A DNA stretch of 63,706 nucleotides, the filler included, from Octopus bimaculoides (Eukaryota): NCBI RefSeq assembly GCF_001194135.2. It is 4 parts of 4 records of this genome, joined end to end, with 100 filler letters (N's around TTAATTAATTAA, not from the genome) between each part and the next. Parts side by side here need not be neighbours in the genome. Positions count along the whole stretch, not along the records: positions 41,284 to 61,860 come from NC_068987.1; positions 61,961 to 63,706 come from NC_068988.1; 2 more parts are not named here. One strand, written 5' to 3'. A program made the position numbers and the translations under genes. A model generated the notes under the pieces. That model saw only the letters and a program-made list of their open reading frames with translations, had not been told where the DNA came from and did not search any database. Positions 50,177-63,706 of this stretch are shown piece after piece. Within the stretch, counting starts at the first letter, position 1; each line of letters opens with the position of its first letter.

Positions 50177-53100
50177 GCAGTAGAGTCCGTTCCAACAGAC
50201 AGCCATGTGGCTACGAATATTACTTGTCAGTACAACTACTGTGTTGATCTCTTAGAGAGATTTTAGAACTAGCATTTTTGATTATAGATACTCATTTCCT
50301 GTTAATTATGCATATTAATAACATGCAAATTGTATATATACATTACATATACTCATTTCATACAGACTTTATATAATCTTTTCGTACTAATTTTAAATAT
50401 TTCATAAATGAAATACGTTTCTTAAATTTTACTGATATAATAGATCTTATATATAAATTTAATTATCCACGTATATTAATTTTTATAATACTTTTTTCAT
50501 CTTTTAATCAGGAGGGAAAGAAGTGCCATCACCCATTAGAGGAAGATACCTCTAAACAAGAAACCTGGCTCAAATGCCTTCATCAACGTGAACTCACCGA
50601 AAGCTACCCAAGGTGCCGGGTGGTGGTGTTAAACCGAGTGATGAGTTATATCTACCACCCAAACAAACTGCGGTGGGAGCCGAACTCAGAATGTAAAGTA
50701 TTGGGAAAACACCGCAAGACATCCGGTCCGACGTTTTTACGGTTTCATCAATACTCAAAAAGGCCATGGTGGAATTTGAACTCACAATGTAAAGTGCCGG
50801 ACAAATACTGCAAGACATCCGGTCCAAAAGTTCTTGGAAGTCCTACCAATGCCCCAAAAGCCATAGTGGAATTTGAATTCTGAATGTAAAGAGCAGGACA
50901 AATACCACAAGGCATCCGATCCAACATTCTTACCCTTCCGTCAATCCATTTTCCTACATTGGTACTTTACCTATCGATCCTGAAAGGATGAAAGGCGATG
51001 TTAATATTGACTGGATTTGATCTCGGAGTGCAGTGAGTCGGAACATTCTGTTCAATGTTTTAAAAAACTCTGGCAGTTCGCCTTATGTAAATAGATATCT
51101 GTAATATTTGTTTTCTAAAATATTTATGTATGCTGTTGTGACTGTAGAGTCAAAAATTTAGCTTCGCAACAATGTGTTACTAATTTGGATTCAGCTACAC
51201 GCACCTTGCCTAAATATCTTGTATCACCTCTGATTAACGAATAAGTTGTGAACAAAATTTGGGTTGTTGTGCAAGAAAGATAGAGCTTGTGAAATAAAGT
51301 GTAGGTGTATCTCTGTGTGTGTGAGTGTGTGCGTGTGTATGTGTGTGCGCGTACGTTAGGGAGAGAGAGCAAGAGAGAGAGAGAGAGAGAGAGAGAAAGA
51401 AAGAGAGAGAGAGAGAAAAAGAAAGAAAGAGAGAGAGAGAAGGAAAGAGAGAGAGAGAGAGAGAAAGAGAGAGAAGATATGTGTATATTGAGTAAGAAAG
51501 ATAATGCGTATGCGATAGCTTGTAGGTGTGTGTGTTTGTGGGTGCGTGTGTATGTATGTGTGAGGGAGAGAGAGAGAGGAAGGGAAAGGAAAAGAGAAGG
51601 AGAGAGAGAAGGAGAAGAAGAGAAAGGGAGAGAAAGAGAGAGAAAAGAGTCTGTTTAAGTATGTGAGTGTTTGTGAAACTATTTGACATCATACAAATGG
51701 CATCATTAGAGGAAGAAAGACAGGGGGTCTTGATTCCTTTCTGAGACCCGAATCTAGGCAGGAAATTATCTGATCCAAATTCTTGCATCCCAAAGTGGTC
51801 GGTGTTGAGTTCTTGAGCAAAACACTTCATTTCACGTTGCTCCAGTCCACTCAGAGTCACTCTACGACGAACAGCCCTTATGAATCGGCATGACAAAGTG
51901 GTCGATGGTGGTGTTAAATCGGTTGAGTGTACCATCCAAGGTCTGTATGAGAGACAGGATGTGTTAAGTATCATTGTTTTTGATTCATGATTTAAGGCAT
52001 CCCAATTATGACCATCTCGTATTTTTCCTAACTTTGATCTTTTACTTGTATCAGTCATTGAACTGGAACAATGTCGGGGCACCACATTGAACTATTTGGT
52101 TGAGCAAATCAATCCCGGTATTATTCTTTTAAAGTCTGGAAGGAACACAGAACGTATANNNNNNNNNNNNNNNNNNNNNNNNNNNNNNNNNNNNNNNNNN
52201 NNNNNNNNNNNNNNNNNNNNNNNNNNNNNNNNNNNNNNNNNNNNNNNNNNNNNNNNNNNNNNNNNNNNNNNNNNNNNNNNNNNNNNNNNNNNNNNNNNNN
52301 NNNNNNNNNNNNNNNNNNNNNNNNNATATATATATATATATATATATATATAGCAGGCTTCGACACAGTCTATCACTGCCAAATTCACTCACAAGGCATT
52401 GGTCGGACTGAGCCTAAAATAGAAGACACTTGCCTAAGTTAGCACACAGTGGGACTGAATCCAGAATCACATGTTTGCGAAGTGAACTTCTTAACCACAA
52501 ACCTATGCCTTGAAGACTGCGGTTCATATGAACACCTAATACTGCAGTTTATATGAACAACTAAAACACTAGAAGGTTGTGCCCCAGCATAGCCTCAGTC
52601 CAATAACTGAAATCAGTAAAAGAATAATAGACTAACTTATTTTATATATTAATTTTATATACATGCTTCATGTTGTAATTCATATATTAATTATATATAT
52701 ATATTTGATGAAAACTATTCGTTTCGGTAATTGTATATGTAATTATAAAGCATGCAAAGTTTATCTACATATTTTATATACAAATTTTTACTATAATTAT
52801 GTTTATATATTTGATGAATTAAATCCGTTTCCTAACATTTATATGTAATAATAATCATTCATTTTATAAACTAAATTTATCTACACATTTTCTACACTAA
52901 TTTTTACCATAATCATATTTATATATTTGATCAATTAAATCCGTTTCTCAGAATTAGATATATATGGATATATGGAAATACTCTTTATATACTCATGTTA
53001 TGTACATTTTAGCGGTAATTTCTTTTATTATAATTATATTTATATTTTTGAATAAAACTGTTTTCCAAATTGTAAATTTACATTTTATATACTAATTTTA

Positions 53101-53459
53101 TATACACATTTTATACACGAATTTTATAATCCGGTTCCTAAAATTTCTGTTTACATAATACATATATATTTAACAAACGTTAGTATTTATTTTATACGTT
53201 TTAGAAATAGATATAATATGCCTCTTATAAGTAGATATAAAGCCTTATATTTATAAATATATATAAATATATTTCCTTCTAAGTACATTTGATTTAATAT
53301 ATAAAATATTTGTGTATTCATTTCTTTTCATATTTATTTACAGATTTACATATCTCGAATATATACTCTCATATTGTGTAGATTCCTTTACATAATATTG
53401 ACGATTTCAAATTAGGCCTAAGGCCTGAAATTCTTACGGTGTGGTATGGTCGATTATGA

Positions 53460-54118
53460 GAACATCCAGCGACCAAGGAAACCAGTGATATCCGAATTAG
53501 AAGCAATGCTAATGGTATAACCCAAAGGAGAGTTTATTGAATGTTAATAATGTTGTCTCGGAAGCTGTATTTCTAATGTAGCTGATGCAGAAGTTGAAGT
53601 CAAAACCTGAGAGGTAAAAGCAATGTCTGTTCCAACGCGTTCGTTCAATATGGAGATCGAAAACCATCAGTTAGAGTATGAAGCTGTTACTATACTCATC
53701 TATTGTTATACCGACAGCTATCTACGCTTGTGAAACCTGGAAGAATATAGTGAAGATCTCTCAATTGTTGGACGTGTTCCACCGATGCTGCTTACGTTCA
53801 ATCCTCAGAACAGAGTGAGAAACAGAGAAGTGACGAGAAGAGCAGGCATGGGAAATTTTGCAGAACATGGTGACTAAGCGGTGACTAAGCGGTTTACTGG
53901 CCATGTGCTTCGATTACTGCAGGAAAGACGTGTTACCATCATGATGGAGTGGACGCCGGAAGGAGGAAAGAGACCAAGGAAGACGTGGCGCAGTACGTTC
54001 CGGGACAACATGATAGCGATGAGAGCTGGCCCGAGGGGAGTCAGGAGAGCGAGCACTCAGGATGTCTGGAGAAGGCTCGTTGCCCGTTGTGCTGACAGCA
54101 CTGGAGGAATAAGAGCCA
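53460..54118 (+). mobile_element. Degenerate RTE-clade LINE 3' fragment
   Basis: SIVIPTAIYACETW...LDVFHRCCLRSIL...RFTGHVLRL...WTPEGGKRPRKTWR..WRRLVARC. Confidence 0.85.
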
Positions 54119-54119
54119 A

Positions 54120-54300
54120 GAATTATATTAGTTACATTATTTACATTATTTACATTCGACGGATATTTGTCGTCATATTGTTTGTTGTCAACACAACGTT
54201 TCGGCTGATATACTCTCCAGCTTTCATCAGGTGTCTTGGGAAAATTTCGAACCTGGTTCTCATTCCTAAGGTATTTTTCGATGTTGCTATTATTATTATT
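54120..54300 (-). mobile_element. Headless copy of the hammerhead-bearing SINE (family 1)
   Basis: Body and tail match 32089-32260; the (ATT)n linker abuts a different SINE. Confidence 0.8.
54190..54235 (-). ncRNA. Minimal type I hammerhead ribozyme-like motif with palindromic helix III (AACGUU)
   Basis: GACAC-CUGAUGA-A-AGCUG(loop)CAGCC-GAAAC-GUU/GUGUU; one helix II mismatch. Confidence 0.7.
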
Positions 54301-54301
54301 G

Positions 54302-54750
54302 GAGGCGCAATGGCCCAGTGGTTAGGGCAGCGGACTCGCGGTCGGAGGATCGCGGTCTCGATTCCCAGACCGGGCGTTGTGAGTGTTTATTGAGCGAAAA
54401 CACCTAAAGAGGTCGACTTTGCCTTTCATCCTTTCGGGGTCGATAAATTAAGTACCAGTGACGCACTGGGGTTGATGTAATCGACTTAATCCCTTTGTCT
54501 GTCGTTGTTTGTTTCCTCTATGTTTGGCCCCTTGTGGGAAATAAACAAATAAGAATCATTAGCATGCCGGAAAAGTGCTTAGCGATATTTCGTTCGTCTT
54601 TAAGATCTGAATTCAAATTTCACAGAGACCGACTTTGCCTTTTATCCCTTTCGAGGGTCAATAAAATAAGTACTAGTCGAGCACTGGGGTCGATGTAATC
54701 GAATAGCATCTTCCCCCGAAATTACTGGCCATGTACCAAAATTTGAAACC
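54302..54750 (+). mobile_element. tRNA-derived SINE family D head (54302-54408) followed by family A SINE segments
   Basis: gcaatggcccagtggttaggg (A box)...ggtctcgattccc (B box); the same head occurs on the minus strand at 45573-45660. Confidence 0.8.
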
Positions 54751-55041
54751 GTTATTTATAGCTTGATCTACTTCGAGTTCAATCGTTAGAAAAAATTATA
54801 TTTCACTTCAAAATTGATGTAAACAACATACAAAGCTTCGAAGAACAAAGCTTTTAAATTGGATGGAGAAAATTCGAAGGATTGCTTTGGTATAATAGTT
54901 AGAACCATTATACGCATCTACCATGTTTACACATGTAGGTTTGTGTTCCTTTTTCTATCCAAATGTCTTTTGAACAGAATATTTTACACGTTAGTGTTTA
55001 TAATTTTATCTACATCGAGTTTCACTGTTACAAAAGATAAT

Positions 55042-55072
<31 letters not shown>

Positions 55073-56169
55073 NNNNNNNNNNNNNNNNNNNNNNNNNNNN
55101 NNNNNNNNNNNNNNNNNNNNNNNNNNNNNNNNNNNNNNNNNNNNNNNNNNNNNNNNNNNNNNNNNNNNNNNNNNNNNNNNNNNNNNNNNNNNNNNNNNNN
55201 NNNNNNNNNNNNNNNNNNNNNNNNNNNNNNNNNNNNNNNNNNNNNNNNNNNNNNNNNNNNNNNNNNNNNNNNNNNNNNNNNNNNNNNNNNNNNNNNNNNN
55301 NNNNNNNNNNNNNNNNNNNNNNNNNNNNNNNNNNNNNNNNNNNNNNNNNNNNNNNNNNNNNNNNNNNNNNNNNNNNNNNNNNNNNNNNNNNNNNNNNNNN
55401 NNNNNNNNNNNNNNNNNNNNNNNNNNNNNNNNNNNNNNNNNNNNNNNNNNNNNNNNNNNNNNNNNNNNNNNNNNNNNNNNNNNNNNNNNNNNNNNNNNNN
55501 NNNNNNNNNNNNNNNNNNNNNNNNNNNNNNNNNNNNNNNNNNNNNNNNNNNNNNNNNNNNNNNNNNNNNNNNNNNNNNNNNNNNNNNNNNNNNNNNNNNN
55601 NNNNNNNNNNNNNNNNNNNNNNNNNNNNNNNNNNNNNNNNNNNNNNNNNNNNNNNNNNNNNNNNNNNNNNNNNNNNNNNNNNNNNNNNNNNNNNNNNNNN
55701 NNNNNNNNNNNNNNNNNNNNNNNNNNNNNNNNNTATATATATATATATATATATATTTACGCATATACACACATACTTGATTATAGATTTATAATGGCTA
55801 AAATTTAATCTGTTTCTTTCGTCTCTCTTCGCTTGCGTATTATTTTATGTACGTCTTTTGTCTTTTTCAAAAATACATTTCCATATCTTTAAATATTTAA
55901 AAATATTTATTCTTGTAAAATATTTACTTTAGATTATTATTTTTTTTTAAAACAAAGACGTGTTCCTATTCTGAAATCATTGTATTTTAGCATAATTCGA
56001 CGAGAAAAAGAAAAACAAAAAACAAAACAAAACAAAACCTGATACATTTATAATTTATAGCATTTGTATTTTCAATCCTTATATTTGCATTATATATTAT
56101 GTAAATAATAGTGTGCATGCGTTATTTTTGGCATGTTAATCAGTTAAATTTTAGCGTTCGCTTATGTAT

Positions 56170-56370
56170 CCTATAGGTTTCAAATTTTGGCACAAGGTCA
56201 GCAATTTCGAAGTGGAGTTAAGTCGTTTATATGGACCCCAGTGTTCAACTGATACTTGTAAAATCGACCCCGAAAAGGATGTAAAGCAAAGTCGACTCCG
56301 GTGGCATTTGAACTCAGAACGTAAAGTCGGAAGAAATGTTGCCAGGCATTCTGCTAGCTCGCCACCTTAT
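56170..56370 (-). mobile_element. Family A SINE
   Basis: Reverse-complement core and head. Confidence 0.75.
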
Positions 56371-56414
56371 ATACACACAATTTAATTATTAATTTTTATC
56401 CTATGTCTGTATGA

Positions 56415-56445
<31 letters not shown>

Positions 56446-56867
56446 CACGGGTGGTGTTCATTAAAGACTTCCCCTGACCCACTTCCGGTTATTGCAGGAA
56501 ACGGAACCTGTACAAGTATAATCATACATGTCTCTATATGACACATTGTAACTTCAGCTTCCGCTAGTATTGGTATGTCTTTTATGCCTGCTGAAGTGGA
56601 CTAAGTGTTATAGTGGAGGCAGTTGAATGCAGATCAGTGACCAGGTTCTTATACTTGAATGGTCATACACCAAAAGAGACTTTCGATGAGGTGAAAGAAG
56701 TTTATGGTGACGATGCACCATCATACTACGTAGTCAAGTACGAGCATCACCAGTTCAAATGTAGTCGGACGTCGGTGGAAACTGCTTCTATTCCTAGACG
56801 ACCACATTCCGCCATTGATGACGACACTATTCGTTACGTGGAAGCCGCCATTTTGGAGGACCGCCGC
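56446..56867 (+). mobile_element. Mariner transposon 5' part (N-terminal HTH), truncated by a family A SINE at ~56868
   Basis: RSVTRFLYLNGHTPKETFDEVKEVYGDDAPSY...S.P.RP...V..AILEDRR is the mariner-type DNA-binding domain pattern. Confidence 0.85.
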
Positions 56868-58934
56868 AAAGTTGACCTTGGAGGAATTTGAACTCAGAAT
56901 GTAAAGACGGACGAAATATCGATAAGCATTTAGCATGGCGTGCAAATGACTCTGCCAGCTCAGTGCCTTAACGTTTTTTTGTAATTTTGTCAAAAAAGAA
57001 ATAAGAAATTATATTGCTGCAAAAAAACAAAAAAAAAACAACAAAAAAACAACAAAACAAAAACAAAACAAAACAGAGAATGACAAAAAGGAAAAAGAAA
57101 AATGCAAAGCCCTATTAAAACATTCGTAGATCTAAAGTTGAGAACAAAACATTCTGGTAAAGATAATAGTGTAAGTTTTTTTTCAGCTTCTGATCTTTTG
57201 TTTATATTCTTTGATTCTTTGATGTATTAGGAAAAAATTCGTGAAATCTGCAAGAAATCAAAGACGTCGTTCGTATTTTAGATAAGACATCCATAATTTA
57301 CTCAGTGTTTGTAAGAAAAATGTGTGGAGATAAATGTCAGTGATATAGACACGGATCGTCCCCCTGTCTATCCTTCTCTTTCTCTTTTCCCCCACTCTCT
57401 CTTTTCTTCCTCTCTCTCTCTCCTAGTTATATTAAATGATAGATTTGAAAATTTGGTGGTGTGTTTGAACTAGTCTTTTTACCTTGCATCTTGTAACGAA
57501 TGTTTCATTCCTACGTATGTATTCTTTCCATAGTGGGGAAATTTCCTTTTAAAAATTGTGTTTGTAATGGTGCCGAAAGGTGAAACCTGTCCGAGGCGCC
57601 AACAACTCAGTTCTGCCCTCAACACTACCATCACCACCACTAATGTCACCATCAATAGGACCTTCGTCATCTTCCTCATTCGCATTATTACCCTATCCTC
57701 CTCCTCCTCCCCCTCCTGCTGTAACCCCCTTCTCCTCCTGTTACCCCACCTCCTCTCTTTCCATTTCTTCGTTGCTCTTCTTGTATGTGCTCGCAACTTC
57801 CTCATCCGCGTGGGAGCGAATTTCCACATATGTTTGCTGCTTTCATTTTACCAGTTATTCGAGCTTACCCTACACTATCTTAAACACGTCTCTGTTTGAT
57901 CCAGCGAAAAGTCTTGTCCTATCTTGTTAGCTCGGATTACGCAACAGTAGGTATTGATCCTCGGCTTTCTTTCTATTCATTCCAAGATTAATATGACACC
58001 ATCTTTTCGGACAGTTATTCTTGCCTTTCTCTGCATCTGTTCCATGCTTGTGGGAGAGAGATCTGCTTACAGACACTTGTAGATTTGGCCGAAGAGCTTG
58101 CCTTTCCGCTATTGTTTTTGTTTTTACTGCTATTGTTGCAGATACTGTTGCTATTAATGAAATGGTCACGTTACCATCATTACATTTCAGACTTCTGTTG
58201 ATCGTAATAGTCTCTCCACCAATACATCTCCACCAGTAATACCACGACCACGACCACTAATACCACCGGCTATATTGCTATTAGAACAGTATGAAGAGCT
58301 AACGGAGAACACAGTGGTATTATAAATGTTGCTGGTTGTGATGGCGGTGTTGACTGTAGTGATGCGGTTTTAAGTGGTAGTAATGGTGGCGCTGCCGATA
58401 ATGTTGGAACTGCTGGAAGCAAAAATAGAGCTGCTGTTTTTTTTCTGTTTGCGTAGCAAATTGATTTCCCATGTCAGCGTTGGAGGTGTTGATGCTGGGG
58501 GAGAGAAGCAATAGTGGTTTTCCTGACATTTGTATCAGAGGTCTCTATGGCCACCCCTTACTCCAGTCTCATGCTGGTTTGTTACTACTAAGCAGACATC
58601 ACTCGCATGTCTGTATGTGCTCGCAACTTCCTCTTTTCTGGTACTCTCCGTTGGCTTCAGACTGTTTCAATGTTTCTTTTGCAAAACAAATACTTTTTAC
58701 CAAATTTCACCCCTACCCCACAAAACACAAGCAAACAAAGAAAAAAGCCAGATTTCATGTCCTTCATTGGAGCAAGAAGCGGAACTGACTGCTTCTCCAC
58801 GCTCTTGCTGAGTCTCGCAACACAAACAATCAACAATATAAACCAGCAACAAAAAACGCTGTCAAGCAAAATTAACAACAATTCAAGAAAACTTACGCAG
58901 CGGTAAATTAGCATGGAATTCAAAATCGAAAACA

Positions 58935-59270
<336 letters not shown>

Positions 59271-59745
59271 AGCAAAAAACAAAACAAAACAATGGAATGA
59301 TATGAAAGATATCGAAGTTATAAACAAATTATGAAATTAATGAAACGGAAAACTTTTTTTTACAAAAAAAAAAATAAAAATTGATTATTAAACAACTAGA
59401 CAAATTGATAGTTTTAATTATTCATCTCCAACTTGATTATAATTTATAATTATTGATTGGAATTACATTTTATTATTGTCAATATGTTTTCATTTAAAAC
59501 ATTTCAAAACTAAATTAAAACAAAAACAAATAAAAGCAAAAATGTAAACAATTAACAAAATTGAAACCGTCATTCAGATTTGTTTAAGCATTAATTTATA
59601 AAGACGAATTCGATATGTTTTTAGATTATGCTACTGTAGGGTATATGCACTGTGTCTTTTATTGATTTCAGTCATCTGATTGCGGCCATACTGGGGCAAT
59701 ACCGTCATGCGCTTTAATCGATTCCGTCTCCAGTAATTTGTGTTA

Positions 59746-60101
59746 CCGTATATACTCGCACCATTGGATAGGTAGCATCCTTAGTTTGGAGTTGTCAAAG
59801 TAGGGATTTGCAGTTGACTCGCAGATAGGTCGAACTATAATCTGGTGAGTTACATGACCCTTCTTTTAACGTAAATATAACTAACATTTGAATAGATGTC
59901 AAAAAGACAATGTACAAACTTCCGGTTTCAGCTTTCTAGTAAGCAGATATCACAAAAATGTTTCCATAACAACTTGAAAACTGAAAAGCTCAGGCCCAGG
60001 GTACGCACCTGGACTACTGATACGCCGCTGTCTACTTCAGATCTCTGTGGTGTCGAGTGGATAGGTCGCATCCCTGATTTTTATCCGCGAGTATATTACA
60101 G
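59746..60101. mobile_element. Short-TIR MITE (Tc2/pogo-like ends)
   Basis: ta|ccgtatatactcgc ... gcgagtatattacag; family assignment from the TIR pattern only. Confidence 0.5.
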
Positions 60102-60794
60102 TTCTTATGTTGTCTTTCCTATCGAGAAAGAAAAGAAGCGTCAATCGGAGACGAAAAGGGGAATAACCGAGAAGAAACTAAACAATACGAGGTATTATTT
60201 GTTCAAGACATCAGTTCTGGAATCTCCTGCTGATACATACATACATATATGATACATGCAGCTCATATACAGAAGTTGAAATGGTTCTGCTCGGGAAACT
60301 AAACTAAGTAACCAATCAGATCACTTGCTGCCATTCACTACAATATACAGATGTTGGGTAACGTGTGTGCACACGCACACATACACGCATACAGACACAG
60401 AAATTTGAATAAATACATACTGGTAGACAGATGCCAACATAGTGGTTGCTATTTCTACGGCAGACAAATCTTCCTAAAATTACATTCCTTTCTCAGCTGT
60501 TTTAAAAAGAACTTTGGATAATTCACTCCTTGGTATACAAAAATGCAGAGCAGTCGTGATTACGTCACATACTGGTTGAAACTGATAACAGTCTCTGAGC
60601 AGTCGCTTGAACTGCTAGAAACCTTAGCCAAACCTTCCTAAATTATGTACCCGACAGCCTTAAAAAAAAGAAGGATAGATACTAGCCAGTGAGTGGTCAC
60701 TTGAACAGCTAAAAAGGCAACAAAATATCCACCAAATTTCACATATGGTAGTCTTAAAAAGGAAGGACACATTGGGAAATGTGCTCCACGAATG

Positions 60795-61118
60795 TATTTT
60801 ACCACCGTCCTTGAAAGGATGAAAGACAAAGACCCCGGCGGGAATTGAATTCAGAACATAAAGACAGACGAAATACCGCTTAGCATTTCGCCTGGAGTAG
60901 TAACGATTCTTTTCTACTCTAGGCACAAGGCCCGACATTTTGGGGGAGGGGCCAGTCGATTAGATCGACTTCAGTACGCAACTGGTATTTAATTTATCGA
61001 CTCCGAAAGGATGAAAAGCCAATGTCAACCTTGGCGGAATATGAACTCAGGACGAAAAGACAAAACGAAATACTGCGTAGCATTTCGCCCAGTGCAGAAA
61101 CGATTCTGCCAGCTCGTC
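60795..61118 (-). mobile_element. Two family A SINE copies
   Basis: Reverse-complement heads and cores. Confidence 0.8.
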
Positions 61119-61362
61119 ACGATATTAATGTTAGTAAAAGCGAGTATTGGTCGAAATACTGATGCTGGTAATGGTGGTAGGAGTGTAGGCAAAGAAGGAT
61201 GTTGATAGTTGTGGTGCTGATGATGTTGGTTTTCAGGCGGTCATACTGGTAATGCAGGTGACGCTGGTGATAATAGTTTTGATAACGAGTTTAAAACTCC
61301 GCCCAAGTGGGACTTCGCGTTTGTTTTTGCTTCTCCGGACATTAAAATATATATTAGCTGAG

Positions 61363-61414
<52 letters not shown>

Positions 61415-61493
61415 AACTACCACTCTCTTCAAAGTATGTTTGCAGTTCCATGTTCAGCATCATCGTCATCGACGACATCTTGTCATTATTATA

Positions 61494-61566
<73 letters not shown>

Positions 61567-62456
61567 GAACTGCAATCCGAATGAGGTCAATCTTTTGTTT
61601 CTTTTATCTTTAGGGGATCGATAAAATATATAGCTGCCGAGTTATTGTGGATCGATTTCATTGACTATACCCTTTCCGTCCACCAATGTGTGTGGTCATG
61701 TGACTCAGAAAGCAAGATATTTCACAAGACACTTGCTTTTTCATTCCGGTTCCTTGATGTCATTTTTGCTTCTAGATCAAATGCTACATTAAACAAACGA
61801 ACGCTATTGAATTCCAAATATAACGTAGGAATATCTAAGATACACACACACACACACACANNNNNNNNNNNNNNNNNNNNNNNNNNNNNNNNNNNNNNNN
61901 NNNNTTAATTAATTAANNNNNNNNNNNNNNNNNNNNNNNNNNNNNNNNNNNNNNNNNNNNTATATATATATATATATATATGTGTGAGTGAGTGGGTGGG
62001 TGTGCGTGTGTCAGTATGTGTGTGTGTGTGTGTGGGTGTGTTTCTGTGTGTGTCGATTTATATGCATGTGTAGATGCATATATGTATGTATATTGTTATT
62101 CAGTGATTTTGAATCATCAGAGAGATATGCTTCTTAATCGGACTCCAGGATGTGTGTTTTGTACCCCAGAAAATTGTTGCATCTTTCGGAATTATATGTC
62201 ATTCTCTTGAAATCATGCGTGCAGGCACAATGCATTTTGTGCAGAAAACATTTAATATATCTATGGGTCTTCTGGGAGAAGAATTAGCTTCATCGCAGAA
62301 GTACATTTCCACAGGAACACACACAAGTAGGTTCTCTGAAGATCTCCTATATACATACTATATACCGAACATTTTAACAAGGAGAAAAGCGAATAAGAGA
62401 GAGTGAAAGAGAGAGAGAGAGAGAGCCAGAGAGAGAAAGAGAGAGAGAGAGAGACA

Positions 62457-62488
<32 letters not shown>

Positions 62489-63706
62489 CAGAGACGGGAC
62501 TGCGGTAGAAAAAGAGGGGTAACAACAGCGGGAAAAAAAAAATCGGAAATTGGTTATTGCAATTATTTCTGTATAGGCATCTTACAGATGATATGTGAAT
62601 TTTGAAAAACCGCATGAAAGGAGCATCGTCTTTATGGGTTTAATCGAACAAATCGATCCCAATACGCATGTTTTTCAGAGTGGCACTTATTCTGTAGGCT
62701 TCACTTAGCGAGCTGCTGATTTCTGGAACGTAAGCAAACTACCGCCTATTGTCAAGCTATATCGTGCGATAGTAAGAAATACAAACATATACACATCTAT
62801 AAACACTCATATGAACGGTGGGCTTCTACACAGTTTACGTCTATGAATACCACTCAAATATCGTCTGAAGGCCAAAAAAAAAAAATAATAAGACTTTCGT
62901 GAAGCTGCCGCTTAATGGAACTGAACCCGAAACTACGACCTACAAAGTCTTAATCTTAATCACACAGCCATGTGTGTGTAAGTGTGTGTGTGTTATTTTT
63001 TTCTGTGTGCACATATTCATATGATTATACATATATATACGCTGATACATATCTATTTATGGGGAGACACACATATTTGTATGCACATACTTATACGAAT
63101 ATAATATATTTGTATATAGTCATATCTTGGTCTGTGTGTATGCATATAAATTCAATTTTCGATTATGGATTAAATAATAAAAGCAATATATTAATAATGT
63201 AGTGGCTTATAAATCTGACGTAAATGAACTTCAATATGGAATGTTGAATATAAGAATATATTCATTAAATATATATTTATACATGAAACATCCATTAGTA
63301 TTATTCAATATTTATCACAACGATTCAAGGTTTCATCGAATTGAAAATTGAACGACAGCATTTTATGGAAAGTCAACATATGTTGTTGTCAAATTTAATA
63401 CCTTAAATTATGTATAAAATTGCCTTCGTTTTTTCAAGTACAGAGGAGTGGTAATGTACTCACGAAATCAGATGCATTCATATATTCCAGTGTTATTAAG
63501 CATTGGAATTGCTTATATGTTGTTGTCGGTGATTGTTTGTGCAAATAAGCACAACCCCCCCACACACACACACATACACACAACCCACACAACCACACAA
63601 AACATTTATATGTCATGTAAGCTCACAGAATTCATACATACAAATATGAATACTGAAATATGCAGACATTTTATATATATATGTATATATATATATATAT
63701 ATATAT

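Noticed and set aside
7300-54408. tRNA-like heads as functional tRNA genes
   Set aside because: None forms a complete cloverleaf with a terminator; all continue into SINE bodies.
1328-55794. Long ORFs containing X runs (for example 36825-37718, 54859-55794, 45117-45863)
   Set aside because: They are open only because they cross N-gaps.

Overview
AT-rich, microsatellite-saturated eukaryotic DNA with many N-gaps. The repeat families (tRNA-derived SINEs with a Meta-domain-like core, (CATA)n/(TA)n/(CA)n tracts) look like an octopus / coleoid cephalopod short-read assembly; this is inferred from repeat content only. Most of the window is mobile-element debris: R4/Dong-like and HERO-like RLE non-LTR fragments, CR1/L2 and RTE fragments, a gag-like CCHC ORF1, a DD37D/maT-like and a mariner remnant, a hAT MITE with 8-bp TSD, several long inverted-repeat elements and more than 20 SINE copies. 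Nearly all supplied ORFs are microsatellite or gap artefacts. Two things stand out. (1) There are at least three sequence families of minimal hammerhead-ribozyme-like motifs of the Penelope-associated type. One sits at the 3' end of a tRNA-headed SINE (Pol III A/B boxes, (AAT)n linker, hammerhead, tail). (2) A hand-assembled, phase-consistent 9-exon minus-strand gene model (33835->20938, about 189 aa) encodes an unrecognised membrane protein. Coordinates were read by eye, so element edges are approximate and no database search was run.
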